A stretch of DNA of 32,000 nucleotides from an uncultured Erysipelotrichaceae bacterium (GTDB taxonomy: Bacteria > Bacillota_I > Bacilli_A > Erysipelotrichales > Erysipelotrichaceae), in assembly GCA_942492995.1 (NCBI GenBank), contig OW818653.1:120001-152000 (forward strand), written 5' to 3'. Below, piece after piece: positions 9,302 to 17,604 of this stretch. Numbering within the stretch: position 1 is the stretch's first letter; every line of letters begins with the position of its first letter. Below the pieces are notes generated by a model. The model did not search any database and was not told the DNA's origin. It saw nothing but the letters and a program-made list of their open reading frames with translations. The position numbers and the translations under genes were made by a program.

Positions 9302-9525
9302 ACAACGATTACTTCTGTTACACCTAATACTTCTTCGATGAGTAAGGTCTCGACTCCCATCTTGATTGTTACATCGATGGCACTACATCCTACACATGCG
9401 CCAAATACGCGAACATAAACACGACCTTCATCATCTAGGCTTACAAATTCAACGTCACCACCATCTCGTTGGAGATAGGGACGGATTTTATCTAAAACAT
9501 CTTTTACTTCTTTTTCTATATTCAT
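9295..9525 (-). CDS. NifU-like Fe-S cluster scaffold domain protein (Nfu type)
   Basis: 76 aa with IRPYLQRDGGDVEFV...GACVGCSAIDVTIK, which is the NifU C-terminal CxxC domain. Confidence 0.85.
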   Translation of the reverse strand: MNIEKEVKDVLDKIRPYLQRDGGDVEFVSLDDEGRVYVRVFGACVGCSAIDVTIKMGVETLLIEEVLGVTEVIVVD

Positions 9526-9532
9526 GTCCTTA

Positions 9533-9988
9533 TCATCTCATAAAGAACATTAGTGAGGCAACTAATAAGCCCAATACGGCACCGCCAAATACTTCGAACC
9601 ATTGGTGTCCCAAAACTTCTTTTACTTTCAATAGGTATACTGGATCATCAAGCTTTATCGTCGTGAGGGTTTGAATATCACGAATAAGTTGTTGCGTAAT
9701 CTGAATATTACGTCCTGCATAATATCGGACATTTGCCGCATCATACATAACAATTAAACTAAACATTAAAACAACCGCGAATAGAGTAGAAGAGAACTTT
9801 TCTTGAATACCTACTGCTAAGCTAAGCGCTGTAACAGTTGAAGTATGTGAAGAAGGAAATCCACCACTATCGACGAGTAGTTTCATTTCCCATTTTCCGG
9901 TCCCAAAGTAACGGAAGACAGGTTTAATTAGTTGTGCAATTAAATTGGCAGAAATTGCCGCCCAGAAGGGATAAAGATTACCTAACAT
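9533..9988 (-). CDS. divergent PAP2 family membrane protein (DUF212, YuiD-like)
   Basis: 151 aa with 4 TM and the motif GGFPSSHTSTVTAL, typical of the acid phosphatase/vanadium-haloperoxidase-related family. Confidence 0.8.
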   Translation of the reverse strand: MLGNLYPFWAAISANLIAQLIKPVFRYFGTGKWEMKLLVDSGGFPSSHTSTVTALSLAVGIQEKFSSTLFAVVLMFSLIVMYDAANVRYYAGRNIQITQQLIRDIQTLTTIKLDDPVYLLKVKEVLGHQWFEVFGGAVLGLLVASLMFFMR

Positions 9989-10031
9989 AGCTACCTCGCC
10001 TCGATATTATATCACATTCCAAAAAGTCATG

Positions 10032-10040
10032 TGCTATAAT
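10032..10040 (+). promoter_or_regulatory. extended -10 (TGCTATAAT) upstream of the S1-domain gene/pgi operon
   Basis: TGC at 10032-10034 and TATAAT at 10035-10040, followed by SD GGAGGGG and ATG 10062. Confidence 0.5.
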
Positions 10041-10061
10041 TATTGAGCCGGAGGGGTACTC

Positions 10062-10427
10062 ATGATGTATCGTGTTGGACAAGTTGTAGAGGGACAAATT
10101 ACTGGTATAAAACCTTATGGAGCTTTTGTTAGTATTGATGCTAATACGGCAGGATTAATCCATATATCGGAATTATCAGAAGGATTTGTAAAAGATGTGG
10201 AACACTATGTAAAAGTTGGTGATAAATTGAAATTGAAGATTTTGGATATTGACTCGCAAAATCATCAATTAAGATTATCTCTTAAAGCACTTCATGCAAA
10301 TTCGCGTAAGTCTAGACCACGACTAAAGCCCATGATAAAATTAAGAGAAAAAATTGGATTTGCCTCACTTAAGGCTCAGTTAAATGATTGGATAAAAGAC
10401 GCAAAAAAGGAGAAAAACCATGATTAA
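10062..10427 (+). CDS. S1 RNA-binding domain protein (YabR/CvfD-like)
   Basis: VGQVVEGQITGIKPYGAFVSI...GLIHISELSEGFVKDV...GDKLKLKILDID is a single S1 fold, followed by a basic tail. Confidence 0.85.
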   Translation: MMYRVGQVVEGQITGIKPYGAFVSIDANTAGLIHISELSEGFVKDVEHYVKVGDKLKLKILDIDSQNHQLRLSLKALHANSRKSRPRLKPMIKLREKIGFASLKAQLNDWIKDAKKEKNHD

Positions 10428-11694
10428 ATTAGATTTATCATATGCGCATGTTGAAAATGAATTTGAACTCTATCAAAAAGATGTTTCTCACTATCACAAA
10501 CAATTAGTAGAGAAGACAGGTTTAGGAAATGAATATGTTGGTTGGTATACTTGGCCAACAAGTTATGATAAAACTGAATTCGCAAAAGTAAAAGAACTTG
10601 CAAAAATGATTCGTGAAAATGCGGATACATTAATCGTATGTGGTATTGGTGGATCATACTTAGGATCACGTGCTGCGATTGAAATGGTTCAAGGCTTATT
10701 CCCAAAACGTGATATCGATATTTACTTTGTGGGTAATACGTTCTCTTCTACATATATTGTACAATTACTTGAAAAAGTTAAAGATAAGAATGTTTATGTT
10801 AATGTTATTTCAAAATCAGGTACGACTACTGAAACAGCAATGGCGTTTAGATTGTTCAAACATTTCTTAGAAGAAAAATATGGTGTTGAAGAAGCTCGTA
10901 AACGTATTATAGCGACGACAGATAAAGCACGTGGAACATTAAAGAATTTCGCGACCAATATGGGTTATGAAACATTAACGATACCAGATGATATTGGGGG
11001 TCGTTATTCCGTTTTAACTTCAGTTGGATTATTACCAATCGCAGTAGCGGGATTGGATATTGATGAAATGATGAAAGGCGCACTAGACGCATCAAAAGCG
11101 TATTCAAGTGAACTCGTATCCGAAAATGATGCGTATAAATATGCAGTAAGTCGTCGTGTACTTGAAAAACAAGGTAAGAATATTGAGTTATTCGTTGCCT
11201 ATGAATCACAATTAAGTATGTTAGCTGAATGGTGGAAACAACTATTCGGTGAATCTGAAGGTAAAGAAAATAAAGGTTTATTCCCAGCTTCAGTTAACTT
11301 CTCAACTGATTTACACAGTATGGGTCAATTTGTACAAGAAGGTTCAAAAGATTTATTTGAAACACTTGTATTAATTGATAAGCCAAACTTAGATAAAGCA
11401 TTCCCAAGTGATAAAGATGATTATGATCAATTGAATTACTTGAGTGGTAAGACGTTAGACGAAGTTAATAAATCAGCTGCTTTAGGTACATTACAAGCAC
11501 ACCATGATGAAGGTGGTATTCCAAATATTATCCTAAATTTAGAAGAAATGAGTAGCTATAGTTTTGGCTACTTAGCACAATTTATGTTTGTGGCATGTGG
11601 TATGTCTGTATATCTCTTAGGGGTTAATCCATTTAACCAACCTGGGGTTGAAGTTTATAAGAAGAATATGTTTAGATTATTAGGTAAGAAATAG
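10420..11694 (+). CDS. pgi: glucose-6-phosphate isomerase
   Basis: 424 aa with motifs VCGIGGSYLGSRA, ISKSGTTTET, IGGRYSVLTSVG and QLFGESEGK. The start overlaps the upstream stop by 8 nt. Confidence 0.95.
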   Translation: MIKLDLSYAHVENEFELYQKDVSHYHKQLVEKTGLGNEYVGWYTWPTSYDKTEFAKVKELAKMIRENADTLIVCGIGGSYLGSRAAIEMVQGLFPKRDIDIYFVGNTFSSTYIVQLLEKVKDKNVYVNVISKSGTTTETAMAFRLFKHFLEEKYGVEEARKRIIATTDKARGTLKNFATNMGYETLTIPDDIGGRYSVLTSVGLLPIAVAGLDIDEMMKGALDASKAYSSELVSENDAYKYAVSRRVLEKQGKNIELFVAYESQLSMLAEWWKQLFGESEGKENKGLFPASVNFSTDLHSMGQFVQEGSKDLFETLVLIDKPNLDKAFPSDKDDYDQLNYLSGKTLDEVNKSAALGTLQAHHDEGGIPNIILNLEEMSSYSFGYLAQFMFVACGMSVYLLGVNPFNQPGVEVYKKNMFRLLGKK

Positions 11695-11700
11695 TTAACA

Positions 11701-11728
11701 GTATGCTTGAAAAAGCATACTTTTTTTT
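11701..11728 (+). terminator. rho-independent terminator after pgi
   Basis: GTATGCTT (11701-11708) GAAA AAGCATAC (11713-11720) followed by T8. Confidence 0.8.
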
Positions 11729-11735
11729 GATTAAG

Positions 11736-11744
11736 TGATAGTAT
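11736..11744 (+). promoter_or_regulatory. extended -10 (TGATAGTAT) placed for a leaderless HD-GYP transcript
   Basis: TGA at 11736-11738 and TAGTAT at 11739-11744. Exactly 6 nt (GAAAGT) separate it from ATG 11751. No correctly spaced SD is present. Confidence 0.35.
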
Positions 11745-11750
11745 GAAAGT

Positions 11751-12992
11751 ATGGAAAACGACCTATATGTAAAGCCTTATCAGTATATTAAGGCTTTGTC
11801 TATGTCGCTAGAATTATCGACTAATGGGATCTCTAAACATCATCTAGGGACAGCAATTTTATGTAAAGCATTTGGGGAGGCAATGGGGCTAAATCACAAA
11901 GAAATGTTAACATTAATTGTTGCGGCATTACTACATGATATTGGGGCAGCAAGCAACTGGGAAGAAAAGTTATTTATTGTGCATAATGATGACGATAATC
12001 GAATTTACAATCATGCGGAAAAGGGATATGAAATACTAAATCAATTTCATCTATTTAGTGATGTAGCGAATGTCGTACGACATCATCATGATCGCTACTT
12101 AGGACCTAATCCAAGTGGATTAACGAAAGATGATATTCCTTTAGCATCTAGAATTCTACACTTTGCGGATCGTATTGATGTATTAATAGATTTAAATAAA
12201 AACATAATGTTACAAAAAGAACGAATTACTTTCGATATCCTATCATCGGATTTTTATGATCCAAGACTATTTCCTGTTTTCGAACAATTAGCATTAAAAG
12301 AAAGTTTCTGGTTAAATATTGTATCAGTAGAATATGAATACTTGTTCGATGATTTCGATACATTCTTTGGTAAGAACAAACTGAATATCGATGACTTAAT
12401 AGATTTATCCAAGATATTCGCCTCGATAATCGATGCGAGTTCGTATTATACCTATCATCATTCCTATAACGTCGCAAATGTCGCGAAACAATTATCAATG
12501 TTAAATTATCCCAATGTCTCTGATTATAAGAAATTTTATTTAGCTGGATTATTACATGATTTAGGTAAATTAGCTGTACCAAATGAAATCCTAAATAAAC
12601 AAGCTAGTTTAACGGATGAAGAATTTTTATTGATGAAACAACACCCTTATTACAGTATGTTTATATTAGCGAAAGTTGAAGGATTTGAAGACTTAGCGAA
12701 TTGGGTAGGACATCATCATGAATTTGAAGATGGGTTTGGATATCCTGATAGATTAGTCTCAAAAGATATTAACAAAGGGACTAGAATACTACAATTGGCA
12801 GATATATTCTGTGCATTAACTGAACATAGACCTTATCGAAGAGCATTAAGCTCAATTGAAATAACCGCTGAGTTGGATAATCTTGTTCGTAAGAATAAAT
12901 TAGAAGAATGTATGGTTAAACAGATAACGGATAATATTGATCAATTCGTAAGTCTTGTAAATCGTGAAGTGACACAAAAAAGCGTGAGTTAA
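11751..12992 (+). CDS. tandem HD-GYP domain phosphohydrolase (degenerate N-terminal copy, canonical C-terminal copy)
   Basis: Domain 1 reads HHLGTA...LLHDIGA...HAEKGY...RHHHDRYLGPNPSGL, with no GYP. Domain 2 reads HSYNVA...LLHDLGK...MKQHPY...GHHHEFEDGFGYPDRL, a canonical HHExxDGxGYP. Confidence 0.85.
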   Translation: MENDLYVKPYQYIKALSMSLELSTNGISKHHLGTAILCKAFGEAMGLNHKEMLTLIVAALLHDIGAASNWEEKLFIVHNDDDNRIYNHAEKGYEILNQFHLFSDVANVVRHHHDRYLGPNPSGLTKDDIPLASRILHFADRIDVLIDLNKNIMLQKERITFDILSSDFYDPRLFPVFEQLALKESFWLNIVSVEYEYLFDDFDTFFGKNKLNIDDLIDLSKIFASIIDASSYYTYHHSYNVANVAKQLSMLNYPNVSDYKKFYLAGLLHDLGKLAVPNEILNKQASLTDEEFLLMKQHPYYSMFILAKVEGFEDLANWVGHHHEFEDGFGYPDRLVSKDINKGTRILQLADIFCALTEHRPYRRALSSIEITAELDNLVRKNKLEECMVKQITDNIDQFVSLVNREVTQKSVS

Positions 12993-13000
12993 TCACGCTT
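12980..13000. terminator. bidirectional hairpin shared by the convergent HD-GYP and apbE genes
   Basis: AAGCGTGA (12980-12987) / TCACGCTT (12993-13000) with a 5-nt loop. The HD-GYP stop (12990-12992) is in the loop. The apbE stop (13002-13000) abuts the stem. An A-run lies upstream and TTAT downstream. Confidence 0.5.
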
Positions 13001-14139
13001 TATCGATAGAGTCTGGATTGGTCTTTTAAGTCTTCACTATGCACAATACTAAAGCCTTCACTCTCAATGCTTATCGCATTCACAGGAGCTTGGTCTAAGG
13101 TGTATACCCAAACCGCATCAATCGTTTCATTCGGATGATCGGTTTTTAATTGGGTCAATAGCGTTAAAGCGTCATCATAAGGAAGAATAAACATTGCCTT
13201 GGAAAGTGCTTCTGCAGCACCAGCACTTAGGCTTGTTGCGATTGTTACACTGTGTAGATTTGTCACGACAGGGTAAAGTGTATTTGGATCAATTAAATGA
13301 TGATAAACAACGCCACCTTCCGCTATATAATAGTTTTGATTATCGCCTGATGTAGAAATATGGATTGGACCTTCAAAGAATAATGTATCGACACTACTAT
13401 CCGCAATCAATACATCCATCTTAGGTTGAGCAATTCCAACACCCCATTCATCACCATTAGGTTTTGTGCCAAGTGTTATGATACTACTATCTCCAAGATT
13501 TATAATCGCGACTTCAAGTCCAGCTTCAATAAGTCTCTCAGTTACGATGTCAGCCGCAAATCCTTTCGCAATTCCACCAACATCAAGTGATGCACATGGA
13601 TTGTTTAAATATACGGTGTTATCAGTATCATTTATTTCCACAAAATCCCATGATGCACATGTTTTAGCGGTTTGGAGTTCTTCAATCGTAGGAACTCTAC
13701 CAAAGGTTTGTGGATCTCCGGAATTGTTTAACTTACCTTCTTCACGATAGTTATGCCAAACATTAAGGACCGACCCTAAACTTATATCGAATGTATGTTC
13801 AGTAATTTCATAATAATCTTTCGCAAAAACAATTAAATCGAGTAAATTCTGATCAACAACAACCGGTTGAATACCTGCATTATCATTAATTGTTTTTAAA
13901 TTATTCATGCCGTCATAATTGTTATATTTATCAAAAAGTTGACCTAAAACGAGTAAGTCTTCTTTTAAAATATCGTAATATTTGTTATATTCAGCTTCAT
14001 TTTCTGTATATGCGACAAATGTAACAGGCGCATCATTAAATCCGACATTGATCAGTACTTGACTGTAACGAACGGGTTCACTTTTACATCCTGTTAAGAA
14101 TAGAATTAAAAGAATAAATAAGAAGGTTTTTTGTTTCAT
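13000..14139 (-). CDS. apbE: FAD:protein FMN transferase (ApbE), lipoprotein
   Basis: Start moved to ATG 14139-14137, which has SD AGGAG 6 nt upstream. Signal peptide plus lipobox, LFLTGC. ApbE-type blocks FDISLGS, LDVGGIAKGFAAD, STSGDNQNYY and HHLIDPNT. Confidence 0.9.
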   Translation of the reverse strand: MKQKTFLFILLILFLTGCKSEPVRYSQVLINVGFNDAPVTFVAYTENEAEYNKYYDILKEDLLVLGQLFDKYNNYDGMNNLKTINDNAGIQPVVVDQNLLDLIVFAKDYYEITEHTFDISLGSVLNVWHNYREEGKLNNSGDPQTFGRVPTIEELQTAKTCASWDFVEINDTDNTVYLNNPCASLDVGGIAKGFAADIVTERLIEAGLEVAIINLGDSSIITLGTKPNGDEWGVGIAQPKMDVLIADSSVDTLFFEGPIHISTSGDNQNYYIAEGGVVYHHLIDPNTLYPVVTNLHSVTIATSLSAGAAEALSKAMFILPYDDALTLLTQLKTDHPNETIDAVWVYTLDQAPVNAISIESEGFSIVHSEDLKDQSRLYR

Positions 14140-14210
14140 AGTTATCTCCTGAGACATTATAGCATAGTCGTTTTACTTTACAAAAAGGTGTTTTTGTGTA
14201 AATGCATCTA

Positions 14211-14219
14211 TGCTATAAT
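14211..14219 (+). promoter_or_regulatory. extended -10 (TGCTATAAT) for the rnf operon
   Basis: TGC at 14211-13 and TATAAT at 14214-19, about 58 nt upstream of rnfC ATG 14277. It lies inside the spurious 5' extension of the tracked ORF. Confidence 0.45.
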
Positions 14220-14276
14220 ATACAAGTAGTTTTCATACGTACAAATTCACGTATTAAGGAAAGGTTAGGTGAAGGT

Positions 14277-15569
14277 ATGTCTTTATTGACGGGACCTGGT
14301 CGAGTTCATCTTGACGGTCACAAAGATGAAACGTTGCACAATGATATCGTGCTCGTAAAACCTAAAAAAGAAGTGTTTGTACCTCTTAACAATGGATCAT
14401 CCACAAAGATTGATGTCTATGTTAATGAAGGGGACAAAGTATTTGTCGGTACGCTATTGGCAAGACGTAACGACCATTTTAATGTGCCAATTTACTCTCC
14501 TGTATCAGGTACAGTTGGGGCAAAGAAGAATATGATGCATTCTGTGTTAAAACCACAGGAACATCTAGTCATTGAAGATGATGGTAAATATGAAAAGGTT
14601 GAATCGTTTAAACCTTTGGATTATACAACCGCAACACATGACGAATTAGTTAACTTTATGATGGAGGCTGGTATTGTAGGTTGTGGAGGCGCAGGTTTCC
14701 CTTCATATTTAAAATACAAGAAACCAGAAAACATTAACACATTGATTATCAATGCGGTTGAATGTGAACCTTACATTACTGCGGACTATCGTTTTACCAA
14801 AGAAAGCTTAGATGATACTGTACTTGGTGTTAAAGCACTATTAAAGATGAGTACAGCGCCTAAAGCTATTGTAGCAATTAAGAAGACGAAAAAAGAGTTA
14901 ATTGCTCAACTTAAAGAAGCATTTAAGAATGAATCAAACATTACAGTGTTTGAAACACCTGATGTTTATCCAATGGGTTGGGAACGTACTTTAGTATTTG
15001 AATTCTGTAAGAAACGTTATAATCGTTTACCATCTGAAATTGGTATTATCGTAAATAACGTTACAACTGCGATTGCGTTTGCACGTTCTCTTAAATATGG
15101 AGAAGGCATTGTCGAAAAAGTTGTGACTTTCTCAGGTGATGGATTAAAGAACCCAACAAATGTGCGTGTTCCTTATGGTATGAAAGTATCAGAAGTTGTA
15201 GCACAAATCGGTGGTTATGCAAGTGAAGATGTACTTGTTATTGCGGGTGGTCCGATGATGGGAAGAACAATTCCTACGGATGAATTCGTAATTACGAATT
15301 ATACAAATGCGATTACGATTTTAAAGAACAATCCTGTTGAAGCAATGGAATGTATGCGTTGTGGACGTTGTAATGATGCATGTCCTGCTGGTTTATTGCC
15401 AGTACGTATAAACAATGCGGAAAAGATGAAAGATTCAAATTGGATGACTCAATTAAGAGCTGACCAATGTATCGAATGTGGATTGTGTACGTATGTTTGT
15501 CCTTCTAAGATTGATGTGACTGAAGGCGTAAGAAGAGCTAAACGTGCTTTAGCATTGAAGAAAGGTTAG
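14277..15569 (+). CDS. rnfC: Rnf electron transport complex subunit C
   Basis: Start taken at MSLLTG (SD AGGTGAAGG). Motifs GIVGCGGAGFPSYLKY and INAVECEPYITAD, plus two C-terminal ferredoxin motifs, CMRCGRCNDACP and CIECGLCTYVCP. Confidence 0.9.
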   Translation: MSLLTGPGRVHLDGHKDETLHNDIVLVKPKKEVFVPLNNGSSTKIDVYVNEGDKVFVGTLLARRNDHFNVPIYSPVSGTVGAKKNMMHSVLKPQEHLVIEDDGKYEKVESFKPLDYTTATHDELVNFMMEAGIVGCGGAGFPSYLKYKKPENINTLIINAVECEPYITADYRFTKESLDDTVLGVKALLKMSTAPKAIVAIKKTKKELIAQLKEAFKNESNITVFETPDVYPMGWERTLVFEFCKKRYNRLPSEIGIIVNNVTTAIAFARSLKYGEGIVEKVVTFSGDGLKNPTNVRVPYGMKVSEVVAQIGGYASEDVLVIAGGPMMGRTIPTDEFVITNYTNAITILKNNPVEAMECMRCGRCNDACPAGLLPVRINNAEKMKDSNWMTQLRADQCIECGLCTYVCPSKIDVTEGVRRAKRALALKKG

Positions 15570-15578
15570 GACAGAGTA

Positions 15579-17078
15579 ATGAAATTTAACTTTAGAGTTT
15601 CTCCGAACTATCGTGCACCGTTAAGTACACAACGTATTATGACGGAGTTGACAGTTGGGATTGCGTTAGTTCTATCTTATTCAGTTTATTTCTATTTCAC
15701 TATATTAGGTTCTGATTATGGTATGCATGCGTTATTAATGATTGCGACTGCATTGGGTACTGCAATCGGTGTTGAAGTTTTATGGGCATTATTCTATAAG
15801 AAGAATATTCTAAAACACTTAAATACATCATTCCCATGGGTTACCGCATTATTATATGTTGGGATGATGGGGATAAACAAACCACTTTATGTCATCTTTA
15901 TTGGTAGTTTCATCGCTATCTTTATCGGTAAATTAGTGTTTGGTGGATTTGGTCATAATATCTTTAATCCAGCTGGTGTTGGTCGTGCTGTATCTGTATT
16001 ATCATTCGGTGGATTTATTACTGATAAATTTGCGGATGTGATTACAGGTGCTACACCAAACCAAGTTATGGAAACATTAGGTTGGGTTATTAAAGATCCA
16101 GCGTTAGTAACTCAATATTTAGATAAATTCGGTGGTTTATGGGGCTTAGCAACTGGCGGTTATGTCGGTGGTCTAGGTGAAACGAATACCTTATTAATCT
16201 TAGCTGTTGGGGTTTACTTAGCTGTTCGTAAAATTATTGACTGGAGAGTTCCAGTTGTATTCTTAGGTTCATTATTTGCGTTTGCGTCAATTCTTGCGTT
16301 CATGAAAGGTATGGGAGTTTGGTATCCAATATTCCATGTCGTTACAGGTGGTGCAGCGTTTGGGGCAATCTTCATGTTAACAGATCCTGTTACAAGTCCT
16401 ACTTCTATTCCTGGACGTATCGTATTCGCATTTGGAGTTGCTTTATTAGCGTTCCTTATCCGTGTTAAAGGCAGTTTACCTGAAGGGGTTATTCGTTCAA
16501 TCTTATTTATGAATATGATGACACCTTTAATTGACCGTGCATTTGATGGATGGGCATTTGAAAAAGTTAAGAAATATGCAATTTCATTAACAGTTATTGG
16601 AGCTTTAGGGTTCCTTACAGTAGGTGTATTTGCGAATCAAGTTAATTATATTGCGCCAGTTGTAGAAGAAGAACCAGTTGTGACAGTATCACTTAAGGGT
16701 GAACCACTTGTTATTTCACAGGAAACGTCTCCTACTGCAGTTGTCGTATCTGAAACAGCAGATGGTGATGTTACTACATTCGTTGTTAATATTAATGGTT
16801 ATGCATTCTCAAGTGACCATGATGAAGATCCTAAACCAAATACATTAGAAGTGAAAGTTAATACAGCAACACAAACATTAGTTAGCGTTGCATACGTAAC
16901 GTTCTCAGATTCTAAGGGTATTGGTGATAAGACGAATAATGAAGTATTCTTGTCTCAATTTGCAGGATTATCGATTGTTGATGCGACTGCATCTGCTGAC
17001 GTAGTGTCTGGTGCTACTGTTACTTCAACTTCCGTTATTCGTGCTGTAAATGCTGCAATTACTGCGGCATTGGATTAA
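15579..17078 (+). CDS. rnfD: Rnf subunit D fused to an extra TM helix and a C-terminal FMN-binding (RnfG/NqrC-like) domain
   Basis: The polytopic RnfD/NqrB core carries the flavinylation motif TGAT (16044-16055) and MLTDPVTSP. After AFDGWAFEKVKK comes one more TM (ISLTVIGALGFLTVGVF, about 16575-16635) and an acidic/Val-Pro linker. Then a domain ends in VVSGATVTSTSVIRAVNAA, with SGAT at 17007-17018. Confidence 0.9.
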   Translation: MKFNFRVSPNYRAPLSTQRIMTELTVGIALVLSYSVYFYFTILGSDYGMHALLMIATALGTAIGVEVLWALFYKKNILKHLNTSFPWVTALLYVGMMGINKPLYVIFIGSFIAIFIGKLVFGGFGHNIFNPAGVGRAVSVLSFGGFITDKFADVITGATPNQVMETLGWVIKDPALVTQYLDKFGGLWGLATGGYVGGLGETNTLLILAVGVYLAVRKIIDWRVPVVFLGSLFAFASILAFMKGMGVWYPIFHVVTGGAAFGAIFMLTDPVTSPTSIPGRIVFAFGVALLAFLIRVKGSLPEGVIRSILFMNMMTPLIDRAFDGWAFEKVKKYAISLTVIGALGFLTVGVFANQVNYIAPVVEEEPVVTVSLKGEPLVISQETSPTAVVVSETADGDVTTFVVNINGYAFSSDHDEDPKPNTLEVKVNTATQTLVSVAYVTFSDSKGIGDKTNNEVFLSQFAGLSIVDATASADVVSGATVTSTSVIRAVNAAITAALD

Positions 17079-17091
17079 GGGAGGAAAACGT

Positions 17092-17592
17092 ATGAAGAAA
17101 ATTATTCATTTAACGTTATTCTTAGCACTTATTAGTGCATTAGCGGGTGGTATTCTTGGTTACGTTAACCAAATTACTGATCCAATCATTCAAGAAAAGA
17201 AAATTGCGGCTGTTAAAGCTAGTTTACAAGCAATCTTCCCAAGTACTGATGAATTTAAAGAAGTAACAATTGAAGATAATGATGCGGTTGAGAATGTATA
17301 CGAAGCTGTTGGAGCTGGTTATGCATTCAACGTAAGCATTCAAGGGTATAAAGATGTTATTGAGTTTATTGTTGGTATTGATAATTCAGGTAAAATTGTT
17401 GGCTTAGAAGTTACATATGTCAATGACACTCCAGGTTTAGGTACTAAAGTGGGTGAACCAGAATTTGCGAATTCGATTGTTAATAAGACTGTTGATGATA
17501 AGTTAGATACTATTTCTGGGTCTACTATTTCATCGAGTGCTGTTATAAGAGGGATCGATGCGGCGATTGCTGTATACGAATCCTTGAAGTAG
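17092..17592 (+). CDS. rnfG: Rnf subunit G (FMN-binding)
   Basis: Start at MKKIIHL (SD GGGAGGAAAA). One N-terminal TM, and the FMN_bind motif ISGSTISSSAVIRGIDAA (SGST at 17515-17526). Confidence 0.9.
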   Translation: MKKIIHLTLFLALISALAGGILGYVNQITDPIIQEKKIAAVKASLQAIFPSTDEFKEVTIEDNDAVENVYEAVGAGYAFNVSIQGYKDVIEFIVGIDNSGKIVGLEVTYVNDTPGLGTKVGEPEFANSIVNKTVDDKLDTISGSTISSSAVIRGIDAAIAVYESLK

Positions 17593-17604
17593 GAGGAAAA
17601 ACCA

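Noticed and set aside
9366-9674. Tracked ORF 9366-9674(+), antisense to the nifU-like and PAP2 genes
   Set aside because: It spans two real minus-strand genes. The His/Leu-rich translation is typical of antisense reading of AT-rich coding DNA.
10424-11209. Tracked ORFs 10424-10705(-), 10670-10870(+) and 10907-11209(-) within pgi
   Set aside because: All lie inside pgi, whose motifs are continuous in its own frame. There is no independent support.
12226-13750. Tracked ORFs 12226-12582(-) in the HD-GYP gene and 13466-13750(+) in apbE
   Set aside because: They are antisense shadow ORFs without SD or recognisable motifs.
14202-14276. 5' extensions of tracked ORFs: rnfC 14202, rnfG 17050, oppA 24476, oppC 27105, rpmB 774, apbE 14157, DUF1049 gene 30608
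   Set aside because: In each case an internal ATG with a proper SD gives the family-typical N-terminus (signal peptide, lipobox or conserved start). The extension runs through the upstream gene end or through promoter elements.
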